From: Octopus sinensis
Taxonomy: Eukaryota
DNA: 64,000 nt
Reading direction: 5' to 3'
Assembly: GCF_006345805.1 (NCBI RefSeq)
Contig: NC_043011.1
Coordinates: 42,606,464 to 42,670,463, forward strand
Shown here one piece after another: positions 12,667 through 23,951 of the stretch (positions are counted from its first letter, which is position 1; the number at the start of each line of letters is the position of its first letter). The notes beneath the pieces are model-generated. The model searched no databases. It was not told the DNA's origin and saw only the letters and a list, made by a program, of their open reading frames with translations. The translations under genes were made by a program, and so were the position numbers.

Positions 12667-12720
12667 AGTAGTTCCTGGTTCGTTCCCATTGAAGTCTGTT
12701 TTATAACATTCTTCAAGAGT
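12667..12720 (-). CDS. Candidate exon of the unidentified minus-strand gene (TLEECYKTDFNGNEPGTT)
   Basis: Acceptor ttattctgcag, donor gtaagt, 54 nt, phase 0-0. Confidence 0.45.
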
Positions 12721-13289
12721 CTGCAGAATAACGATCCTTCTCGGGTCATATAGACCCATAGAGTCAATTTCCTGGTTTCTGTGGCGTATTCCCCACCTGG
12801 ATGGGACGCCGTTCTGTTGCAGAATTTCTCATTTTTGCCAGCTGACTGCACTGGGGCTCCATGAAAAGAAGTGTTTAGTCATTGATATCAATGATTCTGT
12901 CATCTATAATTAAGAGTTATAATTAAGGCAGCGAGCTGAAGCATCAGATAAAATATTTTTTCAGTATTTGTTCTGCTCCTTGACGTTTTGGGTTCAATTC
13001 CTGTTGAGATCACCATTACCATTTATCCTTTATGGCAACATTAAATAAAGTACCAGTAAAGAAATGAGGTCGATGGTATGAACTAGCTCCCTTCTGTCAC
13101 AATCACTGGCCTTGTGCGAAAACCAGACAATACTACTACTACTATTATTATTATTATCATCATCATTATTATTCCACCGAGGTCAATAAATTAGGTACCA
13201 GTTGAACACTGGGATCGATGAAATCGACTATCCCCTCTCCCAAAATTGCCGCGCTTGTGGAAAAATTTGAAATTATTATTTTTATTATT

Positions 13290-13745
13290 GAAGGCGGTGG
13301 GAGCTGGCAGAAACGTTAGCACGCCGGGCGAAATGCTTAGTGGTATTTCGTCTGCCGTTACGTTCTGAGTTCAAATTCCGCCGAGGTCGACTTTGCCTTT
13401 CTTTCTGCCAGGATTAAATAAGTACCAGTTACTCACTGGGGTAGATATAATCGACTTAATCCGTTTGTCTGTCCTTGTTTGTCCTCTCTGTGTTTAGCCC
13501 CTTGTGGGTAGTAAAGAAATAGGTCTGCCGCTACGCTCTGAGTTCAAATTCCACCGAGGTCGACTTTGCCTTTCATCCTTTCGGGGTCGATTAAATAAGT
13601 ACCAGTTACGCACTGGGGTCGATATAATCCACTTAATCCTTGTTTGTCCTCTCCGTGTTTAGCCCCTTGTGGGCAGTAAAGAAATAGGTATTTCGTCTGC
13701 CGCTACGTTCTGAGTTCAAATTCCGCCAAGGTCGACTTTGCCTTT
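13290..13745 (+). mobile_element. SINE family A, tandem multimer (3 units)
   Basis: One head followed by units that restart at or near ggtatttcgtctgccg / ggtctgccg. Confidence 0.8.
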
Positions 13746-13789
13746 TGTTGGTAAGCATAAAAAAAAAAAAATTATAGCTGTAGTTGAGG

Positions 13790-15486
13790 AAAAGTTAGCC
13801 GACAAGAAGGACCGGAAGACATCTGAATATTGGAAAAGATGTTACTTGTATCATGATGATTCGTGCAGGGTATAAAAAATGCCGACATCATGATTGCTGC
13901 TCAATGTTCTGAGAACAGTAAAAAAGCTGTAAGAGATGACGTAAGGAAATATGTGAATATCTCCTCTTGCACTTTTGGGGTGCAAGTTGGTGCAATCACT
14001 TTCCGTTGCTTTTATATCCAGACTCTACCAGTCAAAGAAACACAAAACGCAGACGTAAAAAATAGATATACTTTATTGTTTTATAGTGAGAGATCAGTGG
14101 TATATTGATGTCCTTGGTTCTGGGCGCGCAAGGCTGAAAGTTAATCGATTGTAATATTTACAATGTTCAGCCGCTAAAAACAGAACGGGTCAAAATGGCG
14201 TCCGGAGGAAGAAGATGATGTCTGCAACAATTCAGGTTAAAAGTCTTCGGCCAAAAGACTGCTGCTATCAAAACCGGAGAGAGAGCGAATTAAACGTCTG
14301 CTTCTATGAAAAGCCTGCCGCTGTCTGTCGGACGCTAATGGTCAACGCTTTACGCTCCCTTGCCTCTTTGTTAAGGCTCGCTCTCCCTTGCCTCTATAAG
14401 CTAAGGCCACGTCAGCAAAATTCCCTCTTTCGGACTTCGTGTATTCGCGAGAGGGCGTTGCGCGCGCGCGCTGTTGTATAGGATCACTACAACGTGGATA
14501 GCTGCAAGGGAAATTACGAAGCCGTAGCCAGCAGGAATTCTGACTGCGTCCGTACGTCGGGATTCATCATGTCTTTGAACAGGGCCTCGGGCTCATTTTA
14601 GACGGCTACGTTTTAGTGGAAGCACTCCGTCGGTTACGACGACGAGGGTTCCGGTTGATCCGAATCAACGGAACAGCCTGCTCGTGAAATTAACGTGTAA
14701 GTGGCTGAGCACTCCATAGACACGTGCACCCATCCTCAACGTAGTTCTCGGGGATATTCAGCATGACACAGAGTGTGACAAGGCCGGCCCTTTTGAAATA
14801 CAGGTACAACAGAAACAGGAAGTAGTAAGAGTGAGAGAAAGTTGTGGTGAAAGAGTACAGCAGAGATCACCACCATTCCCTGCCGGAGCCCCGTGGAGCT
14901 TTAGGTGTTTTCGCTCAATAAACACTCACAACGCCCTGTCTGGGAATCGAAACCGCAATCCTACGACCGCGAGTCCGCTGCCCTAACCACTGGGCCATTG
15001 CACCTCCACCAGACGGCTACGTAAAGTTGCTGGAGACAGTGGTCAAACTCTGGCTAGAAACCGTTGCTGCTGGAAGGCAATATGAGTAGCTGCGGCATTC
15101 GGCTCCTTGCCATACTTCTGAAAAGTGTCAGAAGTAGTTATCGGAGAATTTCTACGAAATTACCAAGCCCCAATTTCTAGCCGTCTAATTTTCCCGATTG
15201 TAATCCTATGGATTAGTACGTGGGGTACGGTTGAGAACAACACGAACTGCTCTGTCAGCAATACTTAGTTGGAAGACAAGATCCATGCGGTGTTCGAAGA
15301 TTTTTCCAGGAACGCATGTGCCAGGTTCCGGGGTCATCTTGACGCTGTAGTGGAAGCAAAACTATTATTGTTCAGTTATAATCTAGGTGTTATTTTTTGA
15401 TTTTTAAAAAAAAATATACTTTTATTTTTAGACGGAATATTGTTTTCTTTTTCTGCAAACTGTCAAATTTAGCCGAGACATCCTGT
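13790..15486 (+). mobile_element. Degenerate Tc1/mariner-superfamily (maT/DD37D-like) transposon, interrupted by a family B SINE
   Basis: Frameshifted peptide remnants in order: IMMIRAG..NADIMIAAQCS, AKRLL, KFP...SREG, QGL..DGY, LLETVVK.W..VAAGR, SAPCHTS, PSNFPDCNPMD.YVWG, ACARFRGHLDAVVEA. Ends ...gacatcctg|ta. Confidence 0.6.
14612..15010 (-). mobile_element. SINE family B nested in the maT relic
   Basis: TSD agacggctacgt at 14600-14611 and 15011-15022. Confidence 0.85.
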
Positions 15487-15785
15487 ATATATACATTCAC
15501 GCACACATGTAAACTATATAGATATATATATTCGACAATAAATATCAGTAACTTGTATTAATATTAATTACCTGTTGTGTTGATTTGTCTATAAACAAAA
15601 ACATATGAAAAACGGATTTATTAAACAGTATGTGTGTAGGTAGGTACGCACGTATCTATATAAATATTTTTATGTTTTCGTGTGTACAAGTCTAATACAT
15701 ACATACATACAGACAGACAGGCATAGTTGTTTGTGATGAATTATCAAATCGGGCAAAATACTTTAACAGCTCTCTCTTAGAACAC

Positions 15786-15829
15786 CAGGCCAACAATATT
15801 GCTTAGATTAGTAAAGAACTCTGCGTATT
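15786..15829 (-). CDS. Candidate exon of the minus-strand gene ((E)YAEFFTNLSNIVGL)
   Basis: Acceptor cctacaaatag; phase 1 start fits the 16634-16708 exon. The donor gtgttc is weak; read-through gives VF* with TAA at 15777-15779. Confidence 0.35.
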
Positions 15830-16089
15830 CTATTTGTAGGGTCCAAGGCTATAGTTCATCACCATTCTATATTGTAAATCCATGGTTGTATTCCCAGTTA
15901 TAATGTTTTTTTTTTATACAAGGCATAAACAATAATCATTATATATTTCTTAAGGCGGCGATCTGCCAGAATCGTTAGCACGCTGGATGAAATGGTCACT
16001 TTAAAAAAAATCTTCTTGCACAGGCATTGCACGATAACAACATTGATTAAGCTTCGTGCAATGACCATACTCGATAACGAGGGGGCAGC

Positions 16090-16220
16090 CACCACCATGT
16101 ATGTATGTATGTATGTATGTATGTATGTATGTATGTATGTATGTATGTATGTATGTATGTATGTATGTATGTATGTATGTATGTATGTATGTATGTATGT
16201 ATGTATGTATGTATGTATAA
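16090..16220. repeat. (TATG)n microsatellite
   Basis: About 30 near-perfect units. Confidence 0.95.
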
Positions 16221-16383
16221 GTAGGGTGCGTGTGCTGTAATGAATGTATTATTTTCTAGTTTTATTAATTTTTTTAAATCAAAATCTTTTCTGTGGATTT
16301 CCGTGTGAGCTCCTTGTGATTTGTTTGAAAATGCGGTAAAGTTCTCAAATTCATCAACAATATTTCAGGACCTTAAACATACC

Positions 16384-16617
16384 TATTTCTTTACTACCCA
16401 CAAGGGGCTAAACACAGAGGGGACAAACAAGGACAGACAAACGGATTAAGTCGATTATATCGACCCCAGGGCGTAACTGGTACTTATTTAATCGACCCCG
16501 AAAGGATGAAAGGCAAAGTCGACCTCGGCGGAATTTGAACTCAGAGCGTCACGGCAGACGAAATACCGCTAAGCATATCGCCCGGCGTGCTAACGTTTCT
16601 GCCAGCTCGCCGCCGTA
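16384..16617 (-). mobile_element. SINE family A inserted at a predicted splice donor
   Basis: TSD aggaccttaaacatacc at 16367-16383 and 16618-16634. Confidence 0.88.
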
Positions 16618-16633
16618 AGGACCTTAAACATAC

Positions 16634-16708
16634 CATCATCCTCATCGTCAGGATGAAATGATGTTGGTATGTTATTCTCTCTATTTAACGTAGGCCGAGC
16701 CAAAGTGA
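16634..16708 (-). CDS. Candidate exon of the minus-strand gene ((V)TLARPTLNRENNIPTSFHPDDEDD)
   Basis: Acceptor gttaacactag, donor G|gtatgt, 75 nt, phase 1-1, compatible with the 20571-20617 exon. Confidence 0.5.
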
Positions 16709-16879
16709 CTAGTGTTAACTTTTAAATTACACATCGTAAATCACGTGCTTATTTTTGCTTGTGATTGATGTACATCTGTTTATTTAGCGTTGTACAGCAG
16801 TATGAGTGTTGCTACCATCATTAATTTCTTTCGGCCCTGCCCACTGTTAAGACCCAGCAACACGATTCCATATCACTTT

Positions 16880-17151
16880 ATCCTAAAGATGTGACTACGA
16901 AGGTCTAGATTCGTTAATATTGCGAATAAAGGGTTCAACGTTGGTTCTATGGCAGCGTGTGTATATAAATTTTTTTTGCGTAATAAGATAAAAAACCAAG
17001 GCTGTACAGATATTAGAGCATTTATAGATAGAAGGTCTTACAGCTGTTTCTAGGATATTAATTAATAATTTTCCTATCACACCGTCTCCGATGAAGGGAT
17101 ATTATTAATTAATATCCTAGAAACAGCTGTAAGACCTTCTATCTATAAATG
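16880..17151. mobile_element. Penelope-like terminal-repeat fragment: 51-bp inverted repeat with a minimal hammerhead fold
   Basis: 17019-17069 is the exact reverse complement of 17101-17151. The + strand 17084-17135 reads gtct CCGATGA a gggatatta..taatatcct a GAAAC AGCT GTA agac. The left boundary is approximate. Confidence 0.65.
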
Positions 17152-17337
17152 GCTGCAGTCTAATAACTGAAAAAAGCAAAAGGTGAATGATAGAATATAT
17201 TTTCTTAAGAAGTTTTAGCTGTTAGTGACTAGGTTTAGTGTAATGTCAAGGAAGTATACTTTTTGTAGGTGGAGTTATTTAAAGGCGAAGTTTTACCTAA
17301 AATTTTCTATTAGCATTTCAGATTGTTTATTTTTATA

Positions 17338-17865
17338 CCGTAAATCCTCGAGTATAGTCCGCCCTTGAGTATAATACGCAGGGGACTTTTAGAGAGCTGT
17401 ACCTCTGGTAAACCTAAACCTTCTGTATAATACGCATCCCTTCTCTAACTTGAGTCAAGGAGTTCTATATAACGTCCTTGGTTTGTAAAACTGTATACGG
17501 TGACGTCCTTTATTATTATTATTATTGTATATATAACATAATACAAACGTGTAGCTTTTTTGCGCATTTTTTTGCAGAAAATAAAGAAATAACAATAAAA
17601 ACAGTAACAATGTTTAATAAATGTTGCTTACTGCAAGTTATGGATGATTCTTTTGTGACTTCATTGCTTTCAGGCTTAGCTTAAGGTATTTTCGTGCCCG
17701 ACATCACAAAATGCGTCTGAATAAACATTGCCGTACAGCAAATAGAGACTCGGACATTGCTTAGAAAATAATTTTCATTTTTAACTTCGTATATAGTACG
17801 CACTAGGGATTTTGACCATTAAATTTTGGGGAAAAAAAATGCGGATTATACTCTAGGATTTACGG
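17338..17865. mobile_element. Non-autonomous Tc1/pogo-type DNA transposon
   Basis: TA|ccgtaaatcctcgagtatagtccgc ... gcggattatactctaggatttacgg|TA, about 25-bp imperfect TIRs with a TA TSD. Confidence 0.75.
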
Positions 17866-18339
17866 TATGTAATATGAGTAATATGTTGGAGCTTATAATC
17901 TCGCAAATCTCAGTTCGGTTTTTGACACCCATTAGCACTTTAAAGATTATACAGTTTTGTCAAAGGAAAGCAGTGACTGTGTAGTGTGCAATGTAAAATA
18001 TTTATTTCTTCGTCTGTGACTGGGGTGTGGTAATATTTTTGTTCTGATTTTAGTGCTTTTAAAAGTATGTTTGATTAATGAGTGGTAGAATAAACTTGAC
18101 TATTTTAAACTGTGTAAATTTTTTTATTGGTATCTGTTATCAGCCCTGTTGAATCAGTTGAATATAAACTTGGTGCTGTCCCTCAAAGGTAAATTTAATG
18201 TTTTGCTTCAAATAATTTTTGGGTGATTTTATCACGTACTGCATTGGCGACTGCGCAGGTGATTGTACAGGCCATAACCAATTAGCGAAAGCATAGTTAC
18301 CAAGCCATATTCACGTATGAGTGACGACTATGGTAGTTT

Positions 18340-18340
18340 A

Positions 18341-18419
<79 letters not shown>

Positions 18420-18420
18420 A

Positions 18421-18498
<78 letters not shown>

Positions 18499-18556
18499 CA
18501 TACATACATACATACATACATACATACATACATACATACATACATACATACATACG

Positions 18557-18588
<32 letters not shown>

Positions 18589-18738
18589 TACAAACACACC
18601 CACAGTTGTGTGTGTTTCAATTTTATATCTCCAACGAGTGCATATATCTATGACATTGATACATATAAACACATACATCTATATGTATACACACCTGTGC
18701 ATGTATCTCCCCCTCTCTTTCTCTCTCACTCTCTCAAT

Positions 18739-18771
<33 letters not shown>

Positions 18772-19008
18772 CACATGTATATAATGTGTATACAAACATG
18801 CATTTAAATATATGCATACATACATACATACATACATACATACATACATACATACATACATACATACATACAGACAGACAACAGACAGACATATATATAC
18901 ACATATGCATGTACACACACACACATATATACATATATCTTAGCACACACACGCCCATACCTGTCTTCGTCTTATGTTTTCCTGTAAATTTCAACTATAT
19001 ATATATAT

Positions 19009-19050
<42 letters not shown>
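18340..19050. repeat. Compound (TCTA)n/(TACA)n/(TA)n/(CA)n microsatellite cluster
   Basis: Read directly; the source of the spurious IYLS/YIHT ORFs. Confidence 0.9.
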
Positions 19051-19052
<2 letters not shown>

Positions 19053-19556
19053 CTGATATCAGACATTATATGCACGAATTTGAGATAGAAAACAGAAGCA
19101 GATGAATATCTAAGACTGTTTATGTAAATACATAAGAACAACAATTCGAAGGAAAAGAAATGATAATTGTCAAGGATATAATTTTTTTTCTTCGTGCGAT
19201 ATCTCTCCGATACGTTTAAGTTTTTGCTTTGTTTTGGGGTAATTTTTTTTTTAGCGGTGGTGTTTACAAACACATATATATTTAATTTATGATGTTTCGT
19301 GTGAATTGATGTAGATCGAACGCAGGAAGAAGTGTTGTTTGTTAATGCCTAAAGATATAATTTGATCAACATTTGATATCAACCAAGGAAGAATAAAAAA
19401 GTAAGAGTAGGTAACTGAACATGATTAAAATGCCAACAACTCGTCGCATTTAGTAGGTCGTTGGCTAAACAATGACGGTTTCTGTTTTGTGTACTTTATC
19501 AACGGGAAATAAGTCAAGCTGGGTGAGTCATCTTTCTCGCAGTCTTTTAAGTAAAT

Positions 19557-19950
19557 ATTTATATATAAAAGTAAGGTTGTGTGTCTGTCTCCTACGATTT
19601 AGATTCCTAACTACTCCCACATTTTGCGGTGCAGTTTAACCAAAACCGGGTATCTTATAGTCGTGATTCATATCGAGCCCTTCTGGGCATTAGCGCGCGT
19701 CTACGCTGAGTCTACGATTAAAAAAAAATTTACCATCATTTTTTCCCATTTTAATGCATTTTTCGCTATTATATAAGGGAAGTAACTCTCTAAAAATGTC
19801 TACGATGAGTCAACGATTTAAAAAAAAATTACCATCATTTTTTTTTCCATTTTAATGCATTTTTTTGCTATTTTTTGGCTATAACTCTCTAAAAATGCTT
19901 ATATAGTTATTTCCCTTACAAACCCGAGCAACGCCGGGTGATACTGCTAG
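19557..19950 (+). mobile_element. Non-autonomous Helitron
   Basis: 5' T(T)TATATATAAAAG, 3' hairpin cccg-agcaacg-ccggg, then CTAG|T. Sister copy at 62589-62984. Confidence 0.75.
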
Positions 19951-20219
19951 TATCTATATAAGCTAGTTAGAAGAGACACAAGTTGTGCCCAAGAACTTTG
20001 CACGACTTCGTTCATACTGGTTAGATTGTAGCGGTTGATATCCAACAATTAGTGTTTGCAAGAGACGGCCAGGGAGAGCCACGTGTCTTGACTGTAGCAT
20101 TGTCTGCGTCGTCTGACCAAATTGACTCAGCCATAGATGATCCATAGTTTGTTAATATCGGCTTAGCCAACTCCACAGACTCATTGGGCCATGCGGAATG
20201 GTCACTTCAACTGCTAATA

Positions 20220-20269
<50 letters not shown>

Positions 20270-20570
20270 ACATTACGTTATATAATTAGGGTTCAGTAAA
20301 ATAATTTACTTTACCACACATCGAACTTTTAGAAATAGCAGCCAAAAAATCTTAGCTATTTCTTCTACTCTAAGAAAAGACTCCCAGACAATGTATACTC
20401 AAAAATAATTCACGCAGGTATAGAGGGAAAAAATAATGAAAGATCATACGTACATAGATTAGTTGAGAACGACCGTTTCTGGATTAGTTGAATATAAAGA
20501 TCAACATTTCCTTCGTCAGCTCAAAGATTTCTTTAGATTTGGATTTGAGAGCACTAAAAATCGAACATAC

Positions 20571-20617
20571 CCGTCTGATATGAGTAATCCCAGACAAACC
20601 ATCTTCGACTGCCAATA
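20571..20617 (-). CDS. Exon of the minus-strand gene ((S)IGSRRWFVWDYSYQT)
   Basis: Acceptor ttttttgtacaattcgttag, donor G|gtatgt, 47 nt, phase 2-1; joins 21756-21793. Confidence 0.6.
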
Positions 20618-21031
20618 CTAACGAATTGTACAAAAAAGTACAAATGAGGCTTTGCATTCCTTCCCTTTCCACCCACGTGAGTTATAGAGCAACAAATTCC
20701 TACAGAGAGAACTGTAGTTTAATATCAGGGAGAGAGAATGATATATATATATATATATATATATATACCACTTCAACTGCAAAAATATCCCCCAAATATC
20801 CCTCATATCACACTACACACGCACACACACACACATACACACACACATACACACACACACACACGCAAAGCATAAAGTCAGGATGTGTGAGAGGTAGAGG
20901 TGAAAATAGATTTATTTTGCCATGTGATTTCCATACGATTACAGCCGTTTCATACTATTCTTCATATAGTATCATTAATTTCAATATGCAAAATTATATG
21001 TACACATTTGCATCAATGTGTTTACTCAGTG

Positions 21032-21064
<33 letters not shown>

Positions 21065-21332
21065 TGTATGTATGTATGTATGTATGTATGTATGTATGTA
21101 TGTATGTATGTATGTATGTATGTATGTGTGAGTGTGTGCCTTTCAGAATGTATATATGTATGTATGTATGGATGGTTAGATGAATGGATCGATCGATTAA
21201 TAGATATATACAGATAAATCGGTATGTATGGGCGAGCGCGTGTGTGTGCATGTGTGTGTGTGTGTGTGTGAGTATGCGCGCGCACTTGTGTGTGTGAAAC
21301 ATTGATTAGCGTATCCTGTTCTTATACAAGAT

Positions 21333-21626
21333 GTTTGTTCCTTCTCGAACTATGCCTGGCTCATAAGGGCCGGTTTTCCGGTTTCCATGGCGTATAGGTT
21401 CCCCACCTGGACGGGACGCCGGTCCATCGCAGGTGAGCTGCAAGATGCAGGAGGAAAGAGTGAGAGAAAGTTGTGGCGAAAGAGTCATCAGAAGTTCGCC
21501 ATTAGCTTCTGCCGGAGCCGCGTGGAGCTTAGGTGTTTCGCTCATAAGCACACACGTCGCCCGGTCTGAGATTCGAACCCGCGATCCCTCGACCTCGAGT
21601 CCGCTGCTCTAACCACTTGCCTTCAC
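21333..21626 (-). mobile_element. SINE with a family B-type head but a different tail
   Basis: TSD tcttatacaagat at 21320-21332 and 21627-21639. The tail contains tcccgtccaggtgggg. Confidence 0.8.
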
Positions 21627-21755
21627 TCTTATACAAGATAGCAGTGTGAATTTGAAAGCGATTTGGCTAGTATTTGTAGCAGCACGAGCGGCCACGTAAA
21701 AAACCACCGCTTTGGCTCGAATAAATATAACTGTAATATACTTGGGTCACTTTAC

Positions 21756-21793
21756 CTGACTATTTCACTCCCTGTCAGCAGAATAGTCTTATA
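21756..21793 (-). CDS. Exon of the minus-strand gene (YKTILLTGSEIV)
   Basis: Poly-T acceptor ttctgtcattgcttcag, donor CAG|gtaaag, 38 nt. Only the phase 0-2 frame is open. Confidence 0.6.
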
Positions 21794-22173
21794 CTGAAGC
21801 AATGACAGAAAAAAAAAAAAAGATGGAAAGATATTAATGGCTGGAAACGTAAATTGTTCATTAACCACACTAAGTCAAATGTGAGTAAAATGTTCAGTGG
21901 AGCGACAATACATGTGAACTCAACAGGCTTATTAGTAGCATTCGCTTGAAATATTATCGGAATTAAGCTTGAATTAACAGCAGAAGTATGGGATTGTTCC
22001 ACTGAAGTTATGGTTATCAGCTGATTGTTGTAGAATTGATCGCAGTCGAACGGTTAATGTGAAGGCTGGGTCGGTTGCGTGCAGATACTGGCTTGGTCTT
22101 ATCTTCAGTTATCTTAACGATTCATCAATTGCATGTAAGCGTACATGTGTGTGTGTGTCGTGTGTGTGTATGT

Positions 22174-22221
<48 letters not shown>

Positions 22222-23084
22222 GTGTGTGTGTGTGTGTCGTGTGTGTGTGTGCGTGCGTGTGTGTAGTATGTGCGTTTGTATTTGTGCAATTAACATATAG
22301 CTGTTGGCAACAAGGCGGAGAGCTGGGCAGAATCGTTATCGCGCCAGACATAATGCTTAGCGCCATTTCTTCCGGCTTTTTACGTTTTGAGTTTATATTC
22401 CACACAGGTCGACTTTATCTTTTATCCTTTCGTGGTCAAGAAGGATGGGCATTGCAGTCAATGTAATCGACAAACCTCTTCCTCACAAACTGTAATAGAT
22501 TATTAAAAAAAAACAAAATGCTGCTGGGAACAAGGACCGTCGAATAGTTGACAAGTTTGGTTCGCAACCCCGAAGTCGCAAGTGTCTTTCTCCATAACTT
22601 CGGTTCGATCGAAGCCTTGTGCCTGAAATTAGGATGATGGAAGCTCCTGGGAGAAAGGGAAAGGGAAGGGGATTATCCCGTTAATTTAAATGTAGTTTTG
22701 CCATCCACTGTGCCACCGATTCTGACTGACAATTATGTTAAAAAAAATACGTGAATACTCAACTGTAATTCTTTGTGTGGGCTGTCCAGTTGATCGAGCA
22801 GGGGAAATACTCATAATCGAGGGCGACAAATGTCCATTTATGGAAAGTGTTTTTTTTTTTACTTGTTTCAGTTATTAGGCTGCGGCCATGCTGGGGCACC
22901 GCCTTTGAGAATTTTGAGTCGAATGAATCGACCTCCAGTACTAATTTTTTAAAACCTAGTACTTGTTCTGTCAGTCTCTTGTGCTGAACCGCTAAGTTAT
23001 GGGGGCATCAACAAACCGACAACAGTTGTCAAGCAGGGGAAACTGAAAGAAACCCGTCTATGTATATATATATAGGGGGTGATG

Positions 23085-23370
23085 ATCGTGGCAGATATTC
23101 TAGATCTCTCATCGTCTTCCAGGGACGTTTTTTTCTGCTTTTGAAGCACTTGTCCCACTCGAAATGTTGCGTACAACCCATTGCCTTGTCGCTGCCAGCT
23201 TGCCAAAGCATGCTCAATGTCTCTGTAGTAGATTTGCCAAGTTTAACGCAAAATTTCACGTTGGTTCTTTGTTACTGTTCATGACAAAATCGCGGACTAC
23301 AGTATACACGTGATCAAAAAAGAAAAAAAATCACAACTTGCGAAATAAACACAGCAATGTCACTCGGCAC
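23085..23370 (-). mobile_element. Mariner transposase 5' fragment (HTH region)
   Basis: KFCVKLGKSTTETLSMLWQA..DKAMG...FEW...FK..SLEDDERS, frameshifted. Confidence 0.7.
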
Positions 23371-23384
23371 CTTTTTCTACTCTA

Positions 23385-23805
23385 GGCACAACGCCCGAAA
23401 ATTTTTTGGGAGGGGGCCAGTCGATTACATCGACCCCGGTACGCAAATGGTACTTGAATTATCGACCCCGAATGTATGAAAAGCAAAGTCGACTTCGGCG
23501 GAATTTATACTCAGATAATAAAGACATACGAAATACCGCTAAGCATTTCGCCCGGCGTGCTAACGTTTCTGATTTCTTTATTGCCCACAAGGGGCTAAAC
23601 ATAGAAGGGACAAACAAGGACAGACAAAGGGATTAAGTCGATTACATCGACCCCAGTGCGTAACTGGTACTTAATTTATCGACCCCGAAAGGATGAAAGG
23701 CAAAGTCGACCTCGGCGGAATTTGAACTCAGAACGTAGCGGCAGAGGAAATACCGCAAAGCATTTCGCCCGGCATGCTAACGTTTCTGCCAGCTCGCTGC
23801 CCTTC
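23385..23805 (-). mobile_element. SINE family A, tandem/nested copies
   Basis: Head at about 23800; a second partial unit with a different tail lies toward 23385. Confidence 0.7.
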
Positions 23806-23951
23806 GTATGTATGTATGTATGTATGTATGTATGTATGTATGTATGTATGTATGTATGTATGTATGTATGTATATGTATGTATGTATATATATATATATA
23901 TATAGATCAATAAATGGTGGGGTTGTGTTGACCGCACGTGGAGAAATGATA

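Noticed and set aside
14190-14470. YY1-like CAAAATGGCG and CRE-like CCACGTCA suggesting a promoter
   Set aside because: They lie within collinear transposase remnants, and no first exon was found.
18144-18188. Plus-strand exon-like segment (cag|CCCTG...CAAAG|gtaaat)
   Set aside because: It is isolated, with no partner exons, and antisense to the predicted gene.
22530-22624. Minus-strand exon candidate after a good acceptor (catcctaatttcag)
   Set aside because: All three frames are open and no convincing donor exists. It might be the missing link exon but cannot be supported.
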